From Candidatus Caldarchaeum sp. (GTDB taxonomy: Archaea; Thermoproteota; Nitrososphaeria_A; Caldarchaeales; Caldarchaeaceae), in assembly GCA_038844785.1 (NCBI GenBank), contig JAWBRA010000033.1:1-15238 (forward strand): 15,238 nucleotides of DNA, read 5' to 3'. The notes beneath the pieces were generated by a model that saw nothing but the letters and a program-made list of their open reading frames with translations, was not told where the DNA came from and searched no databases. The translations under genes were made by a program, and so were the position numbers. Of this stretch, positions 7,341 to 14,969 are shown in pieces (position 1 is the first letter of the stretch; every line of letters starts with the position of its first letter).

Positions 7341-8137
7341 AAACCTGCACATCATGCGGCAGCACCGAGATACGGTACGACAGCCAAGTCGGGGAAACTG
7401 TCTGCGCCTCATGCGGCGCAGTCATAGAAGAACGCACCCCGTCAACAACCCCCTCCAAGAAGATGCTCTTCGACGCTAAAGAAGGCGTTGGACCGAGACT
7501 TACCCAACTACTCCACGACCGTGGAATAGGAACGATCAAGATAGGTAGGCTTTCACCCTCCGAGGAAAAGCTTTTGACACGTCTGCTGAGCGAGGTCGCC
7601 TGGATATCCGACAAGCTTGCGCTGACAAAGCTGGTGGCTGAGAAGGCGGGGGAGCTGAGCAGGAAGGCCGTGGCCCAGAAAGTTTTTAAAAGGGCCCGCA
7701 GAGCCTCCGCGGCAGCGGCCGTTTTCATAGCCTCAAACCACTCCGGTCTGGCTAAAACGTTGGAGGAAGTTGCGTTGGCATCCGACGTCCCCGTCAACAT
7801 GCTCAGCCACGAGGTCTCGAGGATGGTTTTCGGCCTAAACATCAAGGTAAAGCCACCCGACTACGAGGCTTTGATAACACGTATCGGGAAAAACCTCGGG
7901 CTAGAGCCTTCAACGGTTGAGAAAGCCGTCAAACTATGCAACGACCTGTGTTTGGGGCGTTTGCTCATGGGCAGGAAACCCTCAGCCGTGTCAGCCGCAG
8001 CCCTCTACATAGCCTGCACAAACAACGGCTTAAAAATACCGTTTACCCGGCTGGCCTCTGCAGCAGGCGTCAGCGCTTTAACGCTCAGGAAAACAATCCA
8101 GCACATCCAAAGCATAAGCTTTAACAGGGGCTGTTGA
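7337..8137 (+). CDS. tfb: Transcription initiation factor IIB (TFB) family protein
   Basis: N-terminal Zn ribbon CTSC..CASCG, LLHDRG, and two cyclin repeats (AAAAVFIAS..KTLEEVA; GRKPSAVSAAALYIAC..AAGVSALTLRK). Confidence 0.92.
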   Translation: MKTCTSCGSTEIRYDSQVGETVCASCGAVIEERTPSTTPSKKMLFDAKEGVGPRLTQLLHDRGIGTIKIGRLSPSEEKLLTRLLSEVAWISDKLALTKLVAEKAGELSRKAVAQKVFKRARRASAAAAVFIASNHSGLAKTLEEVALASDVPVNMLSHEVSRMVFGLNIKVKPPDYEALITRIGKNLGLEPSTVEKAVKLCNDLCLGRLLMGRKPSAVSAAALYIACTNNGLKIPFTRLASAAGVSALTLRKTIQHIQSISFNRGC

Positions 8138-8162
8138 CGAACGGGCCTGCGTCGGAGTTACA

Positions 8163-8170
8163 TATTTAAG
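8163..8170 (+). promoter_or_regulatory. Possible TATA box for TFEbeta-rlmE
   Basis: TATTTAAG in the short intergenic gap, about 35-40 nt before the 8205 start. Confidence 0.35.
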
Positions 8171-8204
8171 TTATGCCTGCTAACCAATATGTTACGAGGA
8201 CATT

Positions 8205-8561
8205 TTGCCGGCGAAGCTTTCCAAGCTTGAGGAAAAGGCTCTGATGCTCCTGATGCAGCATGAGGGGGGGATGCTGCAGTCGGAGCTGTGGCATAAGCTG
8301 GGGGTTACCAGCCGTGAAGGCTCTAGGATAGGGATTAAGCTGGAGAGGAAGGGCTATATCAAGAGGGTTAAAGCCTTCTCGCACGACCGTTGGACACGCC
8401 GTCTAGTCCCGTTGATAAAGCAGGTGGACATCTCCCCTCTTCTGGGAACCCCATGCCCCTCATGCGTCTACGACCCTGTCTGCGGCCCCCGGAGCGAGCC
8501 TCACTACAAACAGTGCGTACTGCTCGAGGAGTGGCTTAACTCAAAAAGTGAAAGCAAGTGA
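8205..8561 (+). CDS. TFEbeta / RPC34-like transcription factor (winged helix plus C-terminal 4-Cys Fe-S domain)
   Basis: wHTH GMLQSELWHKLG..SREGSRI..KLERKGYIKR followed by PCPSC....VC..........CVLLEEWL, the RPC34/RPC39-type 4-Cys pattern. Adjacent to tfb. Confidence 0.85.
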   Translation: MPAKLSKLEEKALMLLMQHEGGMLQSELWHKLGVTSREGSRIGIKLERKGYIKRVKAFSHDRWTRRLVPLIKQVDISPLLGTPCPSCVYDPVCGPRSEPHYKQCVLLEEWLNSKSESK

Positions 8562-9256
8562 CGAAGGAGCAGTGGCTTCAACGCCGCAGCGAAGACCCGT
8601 ACTGGCGGATGGCCAAGGAGAGAGGGCTGCCTTCCAGAGCAGCTTTCAAGCTTGAGGAGATACAGAGACGGTGGCGTGTGATGCCGAAGGGTGGCAGGGT
8701 TCTAGACCTCGGCGCAGCTCCAGGGGGCATGACGGCGGTCGCCGCAGAGGCGGTTGGAGAAGAAGGGCTTGTGGTGGCTGTTGACGTCGAGCCTTTGAAG
8801 CTGGAAAGGCCAAACATAGTTTTCATAAAAGCCGACGTGTTCGAGCACAGGCTGGTGCGGGAGCTGGAAAACGTTCTGAAGGGCGGGTTTTTCGACACAG
8901 TCATCTCAGACCTTTCACCCCGTCACTCAGGAGACTACGACCTGCTGGTCCAACAGCAGTCAGACCTGCTAGCAAGAAGCAGGGAGCTAGCCTACAGGTT
9001 TCTGAGACGCGGCGGCAACATGGTTCTCAAAGCCTTCGAACACCCAACCCTAAGACCCTTCGAGAGAGAAACCGCAACAAGCTTCCGAAAACTCGAAAGA
9101 TACGTGCCGAAGTCATCGAAGAAAGGCAGCTCTGAAATATTCCTAATATACCTCGGGTATAAGGGCGGTGTCCAGCAGGGTTTGCCGGTGAATATACAGA
9201 ATACATGTCCAGAAAAGCTTACAGCAGTTAACACCGCAAGTACCTTTAGAGAGTAA
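8558..9256 (+). CDS. rlmE: 23S rRNA 2'-O-methyltransferase RlmE/FtsJ
   Basis: DPYWRMAKERGLPSRAAFKLEEI, VLDLGAAPGG, VISDLSP, VLKAF, SSKKGSSEIF (K-D-K-E tetrad). Confidence 0.95.
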   Translation: MTKEQWLQRRSEDPYWRMAKERGLPSRAAFKLEEIQRRWRVMPKGGRVLDLGAAPGGMTAVAAEAVGEEGLVVAVDVEPLKLERPNIVFIKADVFEHRLVRELENVLKGGFFDTVISDLSPRHSGDYDLLVQQQSDLLARSRELAYRFLRRGGNMVLKAFEHPTLRPFERETATSFRKLERYVPKSSKKGSSEIFLIYLGYKGGVQQGLPVNIQNTCPEKLTAVNTASTFRE

Positions 9257-9289
9257 AGCTTAAAGCATTTTAAAAGCGGTATAATAACA

Positions 9290-9529
9290 TTGAACAACGA
9301 AAATGTAGATTGGTTTGAGTGGGCCATCAAACGGTCTTTAGCTAGTCAAAAGGAAACGGGCAATCTGATAAAACATTTGGATGAGATTGGAAGACAGAAA
9401 GAGTTTTTGTTCAAGGTTTTTAAAGAAACCCGTTTTGGCTGTCTATTTTCCGTTTCAAAGGGAGAAGTCGAGATAGCAAGGGGCTCTATACATCTTTCGG
9501 AAAAAGATCTGTTCCACACATCTGGCTAG
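9290..9529 (+). CDS. Hypothetical protein in low-GC segment (possibly a gene fragment)
   Basis: 79-aa ORF with TTG start and protein-like composition; no recognised motif. Confidence 0.35.
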   Translation: MNNENVDWFEWAIKRSLASQKETGNLIKHLDEIGRQKEFLFKVFKETRFGCLFSVSKGEVEIARGSIHLSEKDLFHTSG

Positions 9530-9576
9530 GTTTACCCAATTCGACCACCCTTAGGTATTTTGAATCTTTCAACGGT

Positions 9577-9813
9577 GTGAAGCTTGTAATAATAGAGGAC
9601 AGAAAATATCAGAACTACATAGCTCTGCAACTGAGGCCATCCGCTAAGCTTAGAAGGTATAGAGACGGTCTCTGCTTCAACGTTTACTGCGAATACGGAC
9701 AGTATAAAATATCTGACGGAATAGACATCATTGTTGTAAAAAATATTAGTGAGGTTAGGGAATTTGCCATAAAATTATACGAAAAATTGTGCGAATTTGC
9801 TGAAAAATTATAA
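9577..9813 (+). CDS. Hypothetical protein in low-GC segment (possibly a gene fragment)
   Basis: 78-aa ORF with GTG start and AT-rich codons; no recognised motif. Confidence 0.4.
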   Translation: MKLVIIEDRKYQNYIALQLRPSAKLRRYRDGLCFNVYCEYGQYKISDGIDIIVVKNISEVREFAIKLYEKLCEFAEKL

Positions 9814-10102
9814 AGGCTGCAGAGGACCATCTGGTTCCGGTTCCTGCCGAAGCAGCCTGTACTGATCATTCGTTTCCTTACGTACAACATAATATTCTTC
9901 TACCACATCTAATTCTGTCCGTAATCTGTCTTCTAGTGAATTCATCCGAATGGCTTGACACATGTATTAAAACATCGAACTCAGGCATGTCCTTCCCTTC
10001 TTTAGTGAGAGGTGTAAATATCACCGCAGAATGTTTCTCTATTACTTCTTCAGTTCGGAGGGTTGGGTCGCCGCCATAAAAGTTTCAACAAGCATTTCAT
10101 GG

Positions 10103-11287
10103 TTATCCCACAAAAGATTTTGCAAGCCGTAAAAGCTCATTCGGCGGCGCGTTTGTTTTAACGGCGGTTGGGTCAACATGAGTTGTCGAAGCGCTGTATC
10201 CCAATTCTCTCAAAGCTGAAACTAGGTTTAACGGCGAGGGCGGCTTGCCTCCCGCAACCCTCGCAAGCTGGTCGACGGGATAGAATCCAACAACGTCCAC
10301 CTCCTCGACGATTTTACGGAGAGTTTTTAAAGCGTCAGGGTATTCGCCAGCCTGTTCAACCATTTTCTCAACTGTAGCAGTATCGTGGAGTGGTCCGAGC
10401 CATGCAGGCCCTATGACGCTTGCTTTTCCGCCGCACGTGGAACACGTTGCTCCGGGCGGCGATGTTATGGGGTGCTGGCTGATGTGCAGGTTGCTGCACG
10501 CCTGTATCCATCCAACGTTCTTCAACAGGCTGATGCATTTTGAACGCCCTCGCAAAACCTTGAAGAAAACTCTGACGAAGTGGCGGTGGTAGACGGAGAG
10601 GATGGGAGAGGGGGCTATGTTGAGCGAGCAGCCTCGGAGGATGACGTGTGATGCGAGAAGACGTAAAGCCGCTTCTTTGGCGAAGAAACTTTTTCCAGCC
10701 AAAACACCGTATTTTCTCAAGCATGTTTTGGGATGGTTGCCGACGAGCGAGGCGAGGTCTGTCGCCGAAACACCCAAGTAGCCTCCCGTCTCGCAGGCTC
10801 TGAGACTGTTTTCCACAAACCTTGCAGGCGGGCCCACAGGGTCCACGTCCACGTAGTAGAACCGTGTCCCCGGGTTGCTGTGGGCTGTGAGAAAGACGGC
10901 CGCATCCCCCTGATGGACCTCCACCCTGTCTAAAACGTTATTGTGCTCTGCGTTGAGCTTCATGACCTTGACGGCGTTCGGGTTTATGTCGTTCAACACA
11001 GCCTTCGACACGTTGGACGTCTCGAGAAGAAGCCTGATCGCCCTCACTCCAGAGCCTGCCAAAGGCTCGGCCACAACAGCCTCCCTGTCAAAAACCCTGG
11101 CGAGCAACACCGTCAAATCCCTTGAAAGGCTTGAGAAAGGGTTGTAGAAGACAGGCGACTTGGTTGGCGCCGTCGGCTCACCCTGCCCTGTCGTCGGAAA
11201 GACAGGCGCGACAAACCTAGCCCTTCCCTCAACATACCATCTCACCCGAAACCCAAGCTCGGCTGAAAGCGTCAGCTCCTCAGCCAT
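10103..11287 (-). CDS. trm1: tRNA (guanine26-N2)-dimethyltransferase Trm1
   Basis: PVFYNP...RDLTV, EPLAGSGVRAIR, NDINP, VDVDPVGPP, VSATD, CLRKYG, GPAWLGPLHD, STTH..PTAVKTNAP. Confidence 0.95.
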   Translation of the reverse strand: MAEELTLSAELGFRVRWYVEGRARFVAPVFPTTGQGEPTAPTKSPVFYNPFSSLSRDLTVLLARVFDREAVVAEPLAGSGVRAIRLLLETSNVSKAVLNDINPNAVKVMKLNAEHNNVLDRVEVHQGDAAVFLTAHSNPGTRFYYVDVDPVGPPARFVENSLRACETGGYLGVSATDLASLVGNHPKTCLRKYGVLAGKSFFAKEAALRLLASHVILRGCSLNIAPSPILSVYHRHFVRVFFKVLRGRSKCISLLKNVGWIQACSNLHISQHPITSPPGATCSTCGGKASVIGPAWLGPLHDTATVEKMVEQAGEYPDALKTLRKIVEEVDVVGFYPVDQLARVAGGKPPSPLNLVSALRELGYSASTTHVDPTAVKTNAPPNELLRLAKSFVG

Positions 11288-11820
11288 TCTTTCATCACCC
11301 CGTAAACCAGCCCTGGAATCCTGTCCCTGTTCCCAAAATCCAAAACGTAAAGGTGTTCGCCGGCGGCCCGCCTGACCTCTTCGACGACGGGATGGCGTGC
11401 CGAGAAATGTATTGTTAGCAGCGATGGCTTCCCAGATTTGAGAAGCTCTCTAACGGCTTCGACAAATGGCTGGCAGAACAGCTCCATAGGCCCCACCTCA
11501 TCAACAAACACAGCTTCAGACCTCTCCAACGCAGCCCTCAAGCTTCCCACACCCACCTCCAACATGTTCTCCAAGCTTACACGGTATTTTCCAACCTTGG
11601 GCCCCGACGCTATTTCGACGCTGGCGAGAACAGCTGTTTCGCCGGAGCCGATGTCGCATATCTCGAAACCATACCTCACGCCAGACCTCCGAATCTCCCG
11701 TGTGTAAAACCCTCCGACGGCGAAGCTGTCTTTCCTCAGCATTTCGACTACTTTTACCAAGGCGGTTGTTTTGCCCACGCCCGGCCTTCCTGTTAGGGCC
11801 GCTGTCCTAGAAGTCGTCAA
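11272..11820 (-). CDS. THEP1/NTPase_1-family nucleoside triphosphatase
   Basis: LTGRPGVGKTT, GGFYTREIR, VGKYRV, FVDEVGPMEL, LLTIH. Confidence 0.92.
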   Translation of the reverse strand: MTTSRTAALTGRPGVGKTTALVKVVEMLRKDSFAVGGFYTREIRRSGVRYGFEICDIGSGETAVLASVEIASGPKVGKYRVSLENMLEVGVGSLRAALERSEAVFVDEVGPMELFCQPFVEAVRELLKSGKPSLLTIHFSARHPVVEEVRRAAGEHLYVLDFGNRDRIPGLVYGVMKEWLRS

Positions 11821-12457
11821 GCCTGCTCTGCTTCAGCCTCTCCAAAGTCTTCCAGCCTTTCCTGACTTCTGCCGGCAGGTTGTTTTCGGAGAGCTTGTCC
11901 GCAAGCCATCTACGTGTCCTCGGGTCGGATGGATAGCCGGAGCCGAAGTCTCCGTAAAGCTCCCTCAGCCTTTTGACATGCCTGTCCCTCTCCACCTTAG
12001 CTATTATTGATGCCGCCGCAACCAAGACGTTTCTCCTATCACCCTTCACCATACAGCGTATTTCCGCACGGTGTTTGACGTAGCTGAGTATTTTCCTCCG
12101 TGCTTTGGCGACGTTTCTGTCAGGCGAGTCTACGAAGACTCTGTCGGGCTTGAGAGCGTCGACTAGCCGTGCAATCCACATGTATTCCAAAGTGTTAAGC
12201 CCCTCACCGCCGTTTACCCTAAGGCTTGAGTCAACAGACCAAGGCTCCAAAACCACCGTCTTAAAAACCAGCATTTCCGACAGCTTCTGATAAAGCTCAA
12301 ACCTTCTGAGCGGGGTCAGAGTCTTCGAGTCGGCGACACCAAGGCTTCTCAAGCTTCTAGCTTGAGGCGGGGAGGCCAACACGGCTGAGATAACCAAAGG
12401 GCCTAGGACGGAGCCTCTGCCAGCCTCGTCCACGCCGCACAGCTTTATCTCAGCCAT
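11807..12457 (-). CDS. rnhB: Ribonuclease HII
   Basis: GVDEAGRGSVLGPLV, DSKTL, VAAASIIAKVERD, GSGYPSDP, and a C-terminal PIP box QSRLDDF. Start taken as ATG 12457. Confidence 0.96.
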   Translation of the reverse strand: MAEIKLCGVDEAGRGSVLGPLVISAVLASPPQARSLRSLGVADSKTLTPLRRFELYQKLSEMLVFKTVVLEPWSVDSSLRVNGGEGLNTLEYMWIARLVDALKPDRVFVDSPDRNVAKARRKILSYVKHRAEIRCMVKGDRRNVLVAAASIIAKVERDRHVKRLRELYGDFGSGYPSDPRTRRWLADKLSENNLPAEVRKGWKTLERLKQSRLDDF

Positions 12458-13145
12458 GGTAGACCGCCGCAACCATTACATGGTCTTTTTCATAGGGCTC
12501 CAGCTCAACTCTGTCAACAACTTCAAACCCTTTCTCGGCAAGGGTTTTAACCTCCCGCTTCACAATCACTTCAGGCTCTTCAACGCTGTCTATGCTCCTC
12601 GCCTTCACGGCAAGCAAAACCCCACCTCCTTTCTTCAACATCAACCTCGAGTTAGCTGCTACGATATGTGCTTGAGATGGCTGAGCCACGTCGGCGTAAA
12701 CCACGTCGACAACCCCTACTATAAAAGAATAGTTCTCAGGCCTTGTTGCGTCGTCGAGAATAGGGACGACGTTCCTCCTCCTCTCAGCCACGTTCCTTAA
12801 GAACTGCTGCATGACCTTTGGCGAGAAGTCTACTGCGTAGACCCTGCCTTTCTCTCCCACTATGTCGGATACGTGGGATGCCGTGGTGCCCGTGGCGGAG
12901 CCGAGGTAGAGGACGCGGCTGCCAGGCCTGATGAATATCTCTCGGATTTCTTTTGTGATGGCTGCAGCCAGCTTGCTTCTGTAAGGGTTCCAAACCCTGT
13001 ACTCGACGTTTTCAAACCTGACGAGCTGCTCGCCGTAGACGGAAAAGCCTTCCGCAAGATTACGTGTTGCAAGCCTCATGCCTTCAACGTCCTCAACCCA
13101 GTAAACCCCCTCAAAACTCTGATGCTTAACGACCGACAGCTTCAT
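12450..13145 (-). CDS. flpA: Fibrillarin-like rRNA/tRNA 2'-O-methyltransferase
   Basis: VYGE, YRVWNPYRSKLAA, VLYLGSATGTTASHVSD, DVAQP, KARSID, LEPYEKDH. Confidence 0.97.
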   Translation of the reverse strand: MKLSVVKHQSFEGVYWVEDVEGMRLATRNLAEGFSVYGEQLVRFENVEYRVWNPYRSKLAAAITKEIREIFIRPGSRVLYLGSATGTTASHVSDIVGEKGRVYAVDFSPKVMQQFLRNVAERRRNVVPILDDATRPENYSFIVGVVDVVYADVAQPSQAHIVAANSRLMLKKGGGVLLAVKARSIDSVEEPEVIVKREVKTLAEKGFEVVDRVELEPYEKDHVMVAAVYHG

Positions 13146-14326
13146 CGCCTAACCCTTCTCCTGCGGCCTGGCTTTTCAACCTCTTTTTTCGGAGGCGTAG
13201 CATACTTCTTTTTTATCTCCTCAACCCTCTGCTCCAGCAGGCTTCTAAGCTGACCGCTCCTATCCTCTTTGCTAAAGTAGTCTATTCTCGCCGCGATGCT
13301 GATTTTCGCCGCCAAAACCCTCGCTATCTTACCCCTCTGCCAGCGTGGAGCGCTGTGGACGAACGGATGCTGGAAAATAACGCCATGCTTGGGTGCGCCA
13401 CGGCCTGTCTTGAAAAACCTAAACAACGCTTTCTCAGCCCCCAACACCTGTATAGTGCTAGCAGGCAGACGGGCGAGCTTCTCAAGACCGCCCGCCAAAG
13501 ATATCAGCCTGCTGCCTAAAACAGGCCCTGCAACCGCAGAGAGGTTGGGAGCCTCAACAGCCATCAGCTCTTTAATGTATTCGCCTATTTTCTCAGCCAG
13601 ACGGCTTATCTCAAGCCCCAGCGAGGCCAGCGACGCTATCCTAGCCATGTCTCTGTCGCCAACGCCGCCTCCGACAGATTTTTCAGCGGCTTCGGAGACA
13701 CGTTTCAGGACATTCGCATCCAAAACCTTCGAAACCTTTTCCACATCAATTTTATCTCTCACGAGCGGTGTGGACACAAGCTTAAGATATGTGTCTGGGT
13801 CTTCAACTATGCTCGCCAGCTCTGGAAAATGGACTTCATACCACTCCCTAACCCTTGCAAACACCTGGTTCTTCATCCTCTCCAAGTCGTCGAAAGCTCT
13901 TACCGCGTGGACGATGTGAAGGTCTCTTCTCCCAGCCTCGGCGAGAATACGCTGCCTGGCCAGCTCAGCCGCCACATCCCTCACAAGTTTTCTATAGTTT
14001 TCAAGCTCAGCGTCTGACAGAGCTGTCTCTATGTCCAGCGGCCGTGCTTCGACAAGCTCCAGCCTCGCCCCCATCCTCTCAGCATGTTTCTGGAGAAGCT
14101 TTCCCACGTTTTCATCCCAGAAGAACAGGGTCTCGACTCCTTTTCCACGGAGGTTGTTGAGGAAATCTTCGACGTACTGTGTAGGCATCTCCCCGCCCTT
14201 CATCCGCGTCAGAACGCTGGCTATCTCGGCTGGTGCGGCGGCGAAAGGCTTGAAGCTTATCAAACCACCATTTTCGTCGAACGCCGCCAGCCCGACAGCA
14301 GTCATCAACACATAAGCCTGCGACAT
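13142..14326 (-). CDS. nop5: C/D box RNP core protein Nop5 (Nop56/58)
   Basis: REWYEVHFPEL, APNLSAVAGPVLGSRLISLAGGL, PASTIQVLGAEKALF, PKHGVIFQHP, RGKIAR, ARIDYF. Confidence 0.97.
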   Translation of the reverse strand: MSQAYVLMTAVGLAAFDENGGLISFKPFAAAPAEIASVLTRMKGGEMPTQYVEDFLNNLRGKGVETLFFWDENVGKLLQKHAERMGARLELVEARPLDIETALSDAELENYRKLVRDVAAELARQRILAEAGRRDLHIVHAVRAFDDLERMKNQVFARVREWYEVHFPELASIVEDPDTYLKLVSTPLVRDKIDVEKVSKVLDANVLKRVSEAAEKSVGGGVGDRDMARIASLASLGLEISRLAEKIGEYIKELMAVEAPNLSAVAGPVLGSRLISLAGGLEKLARLPASTIQVLGAEKALFRFFKTGRGAPKHGVIFQHPFVHSAPRWQRGKIARVLAAKISIAARIDYFSKEDRSGQLRSLLEQRVEEIKKKYATPPKKEVEKPGRRRRVRR

Positions 14327-14355
14327 CTCGCCAACGATTCAGTGTATGGGCTGGC

Positions 14356-14362
14356 ATTTAAA
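14356..14362 (-). promoter_or_regulatory. Probable TATA box of the nop5-fibrillarin operon
   Basis: TTTAAAT on the minus strand, about 30 nt upstream of the nop5 ATG (leaderless-type spacing). Confidence 0.5.
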
Positions 14363-14370
14363 GGAGATAC

Positions 14371-14606
14371 GTGGTGGGCGGGATATCATCACGGTGTAAG
14401 TGTTGCGGCAACATGTACGACACCAGCCTACCGCTAGCAAAATGCACAAAATGCGGACATGTCTGGAACACCACAAGTAAAATGAAGTGGATAACCTGCC
14501 AAACTGCCGCAGCAAAGCAGGCAGGCTGGTAACAGCCAAGAGAAGGTTTCCAGCCACCATCAAACCCCGTCAAGCCTCATCAAGTCCTAGTTCGGACGGA
14601 TACTAG
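14371..14606 (+). pseudogene. Small Cys-rich zinc-ribbon gene with a one-base frameshift
   Basis: AAGGAG then GTG 14371 gives ...RCKCCG...KCTKCGHVWNTTSKMKWITC. One extra base at ~14500 would give TC-x-NCRSKAGR, completing a further CxxC pair and reading to TAG 14604-14606. As sequenced it stops at 14532 (53 aa). Confidence 0.5.
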
Positions 14607-14677
14607 CCCTGGCCGGATTTGAACCGGTGTCTCAGGGTCCAGAGCCCTGCATCCTTAACCACCTAGACGACGGGGCT
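14604..14677 (-). tRNA. tRNA-Gln (anticodon CTG), intronless, CCA not encoded
   Basis: AGCCCCG-TC-GTCTAGGTGGTTAAGGAT-G-CAGGG-CTCTGGA-CCCTG-AGAC-ACCGG-TTCAAAT-CCGGC-CAGGGCT-A forms a cloverleaf with A1-U72 typical of archaeal tRNA-Gln. It has two A.C mismatches. Confidence 0.92.
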
Positions 14678-14702
14678 GTCAACCGTGTAGATTTTGATAC
14701 GG

Positions 14703-14710
14703 TTTTTATA
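14703..14710 (-). promoter_or_regulatory. Probable TATA box of tRNA-Gln
   Basis: TATAAAAA on the minus strand, 26-33 nt upstream of the tRNA 5' end. Confidence 0.55.
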
Positions 14711-14819
14711 CATACGGGTTCTGAAACCCATCTAACACACCGCCCCCATAAACAAAGAAAAAACAGCAAAACAATACATAAGCAAGACATACAAAAAGGA
14801 AAAAATGGAGGGGAGAGTT

Positions 14820-14969
14820 GGCTGGAGGCCGCCAGCAGAACAACACCTAAGAACACCCCCGGGAAAGGCCGGTAACATATCTCTGCCGTATCCTATAGGA
14901 CACGGAAATCTAAATAGGCCGGCCTTTCCAGAGGGTTTTTCCCTGCTGTTCAGGCCGGTGCCTCCAGCC
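14820..14969 (-). ncRNA. Putative structured dual-guide RNA of element copy 2
   Basis: Same nested stems as copy 1 (14960-14969/14820-14829; 14919-14929/14862-14872; hairpin CCGTGTCC-TATA-GGATACGG 14886-14905). The 13x13 internal loop differs: CCTATTTAGATTT (14906-14918) and CAGAGATATGTTA (14873-14885). Confidence 0.7.

Noticed and set aside
13142-14326. Functional link between cellular nop5/fibrillarin and the nearby Nop-fold element
   Set aside because: The folds are evolutionarily related, but nop5 sits in its normal operon and nothing in the sequence ties it to the element; proximity is probably coincidental.
14680-14716. Partial matches of copy-2 guides near the tRNA promoter (TATGTATAAAAA vs TATGTCTAAATA; TAGATTT)
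   Set aside because: Only about 10/16 to the predicted target in AT-rich sequence. These and scattered 8-nt matches (e.g. ~3770, ~11657, ~12936, ~13785) are expected by chance.
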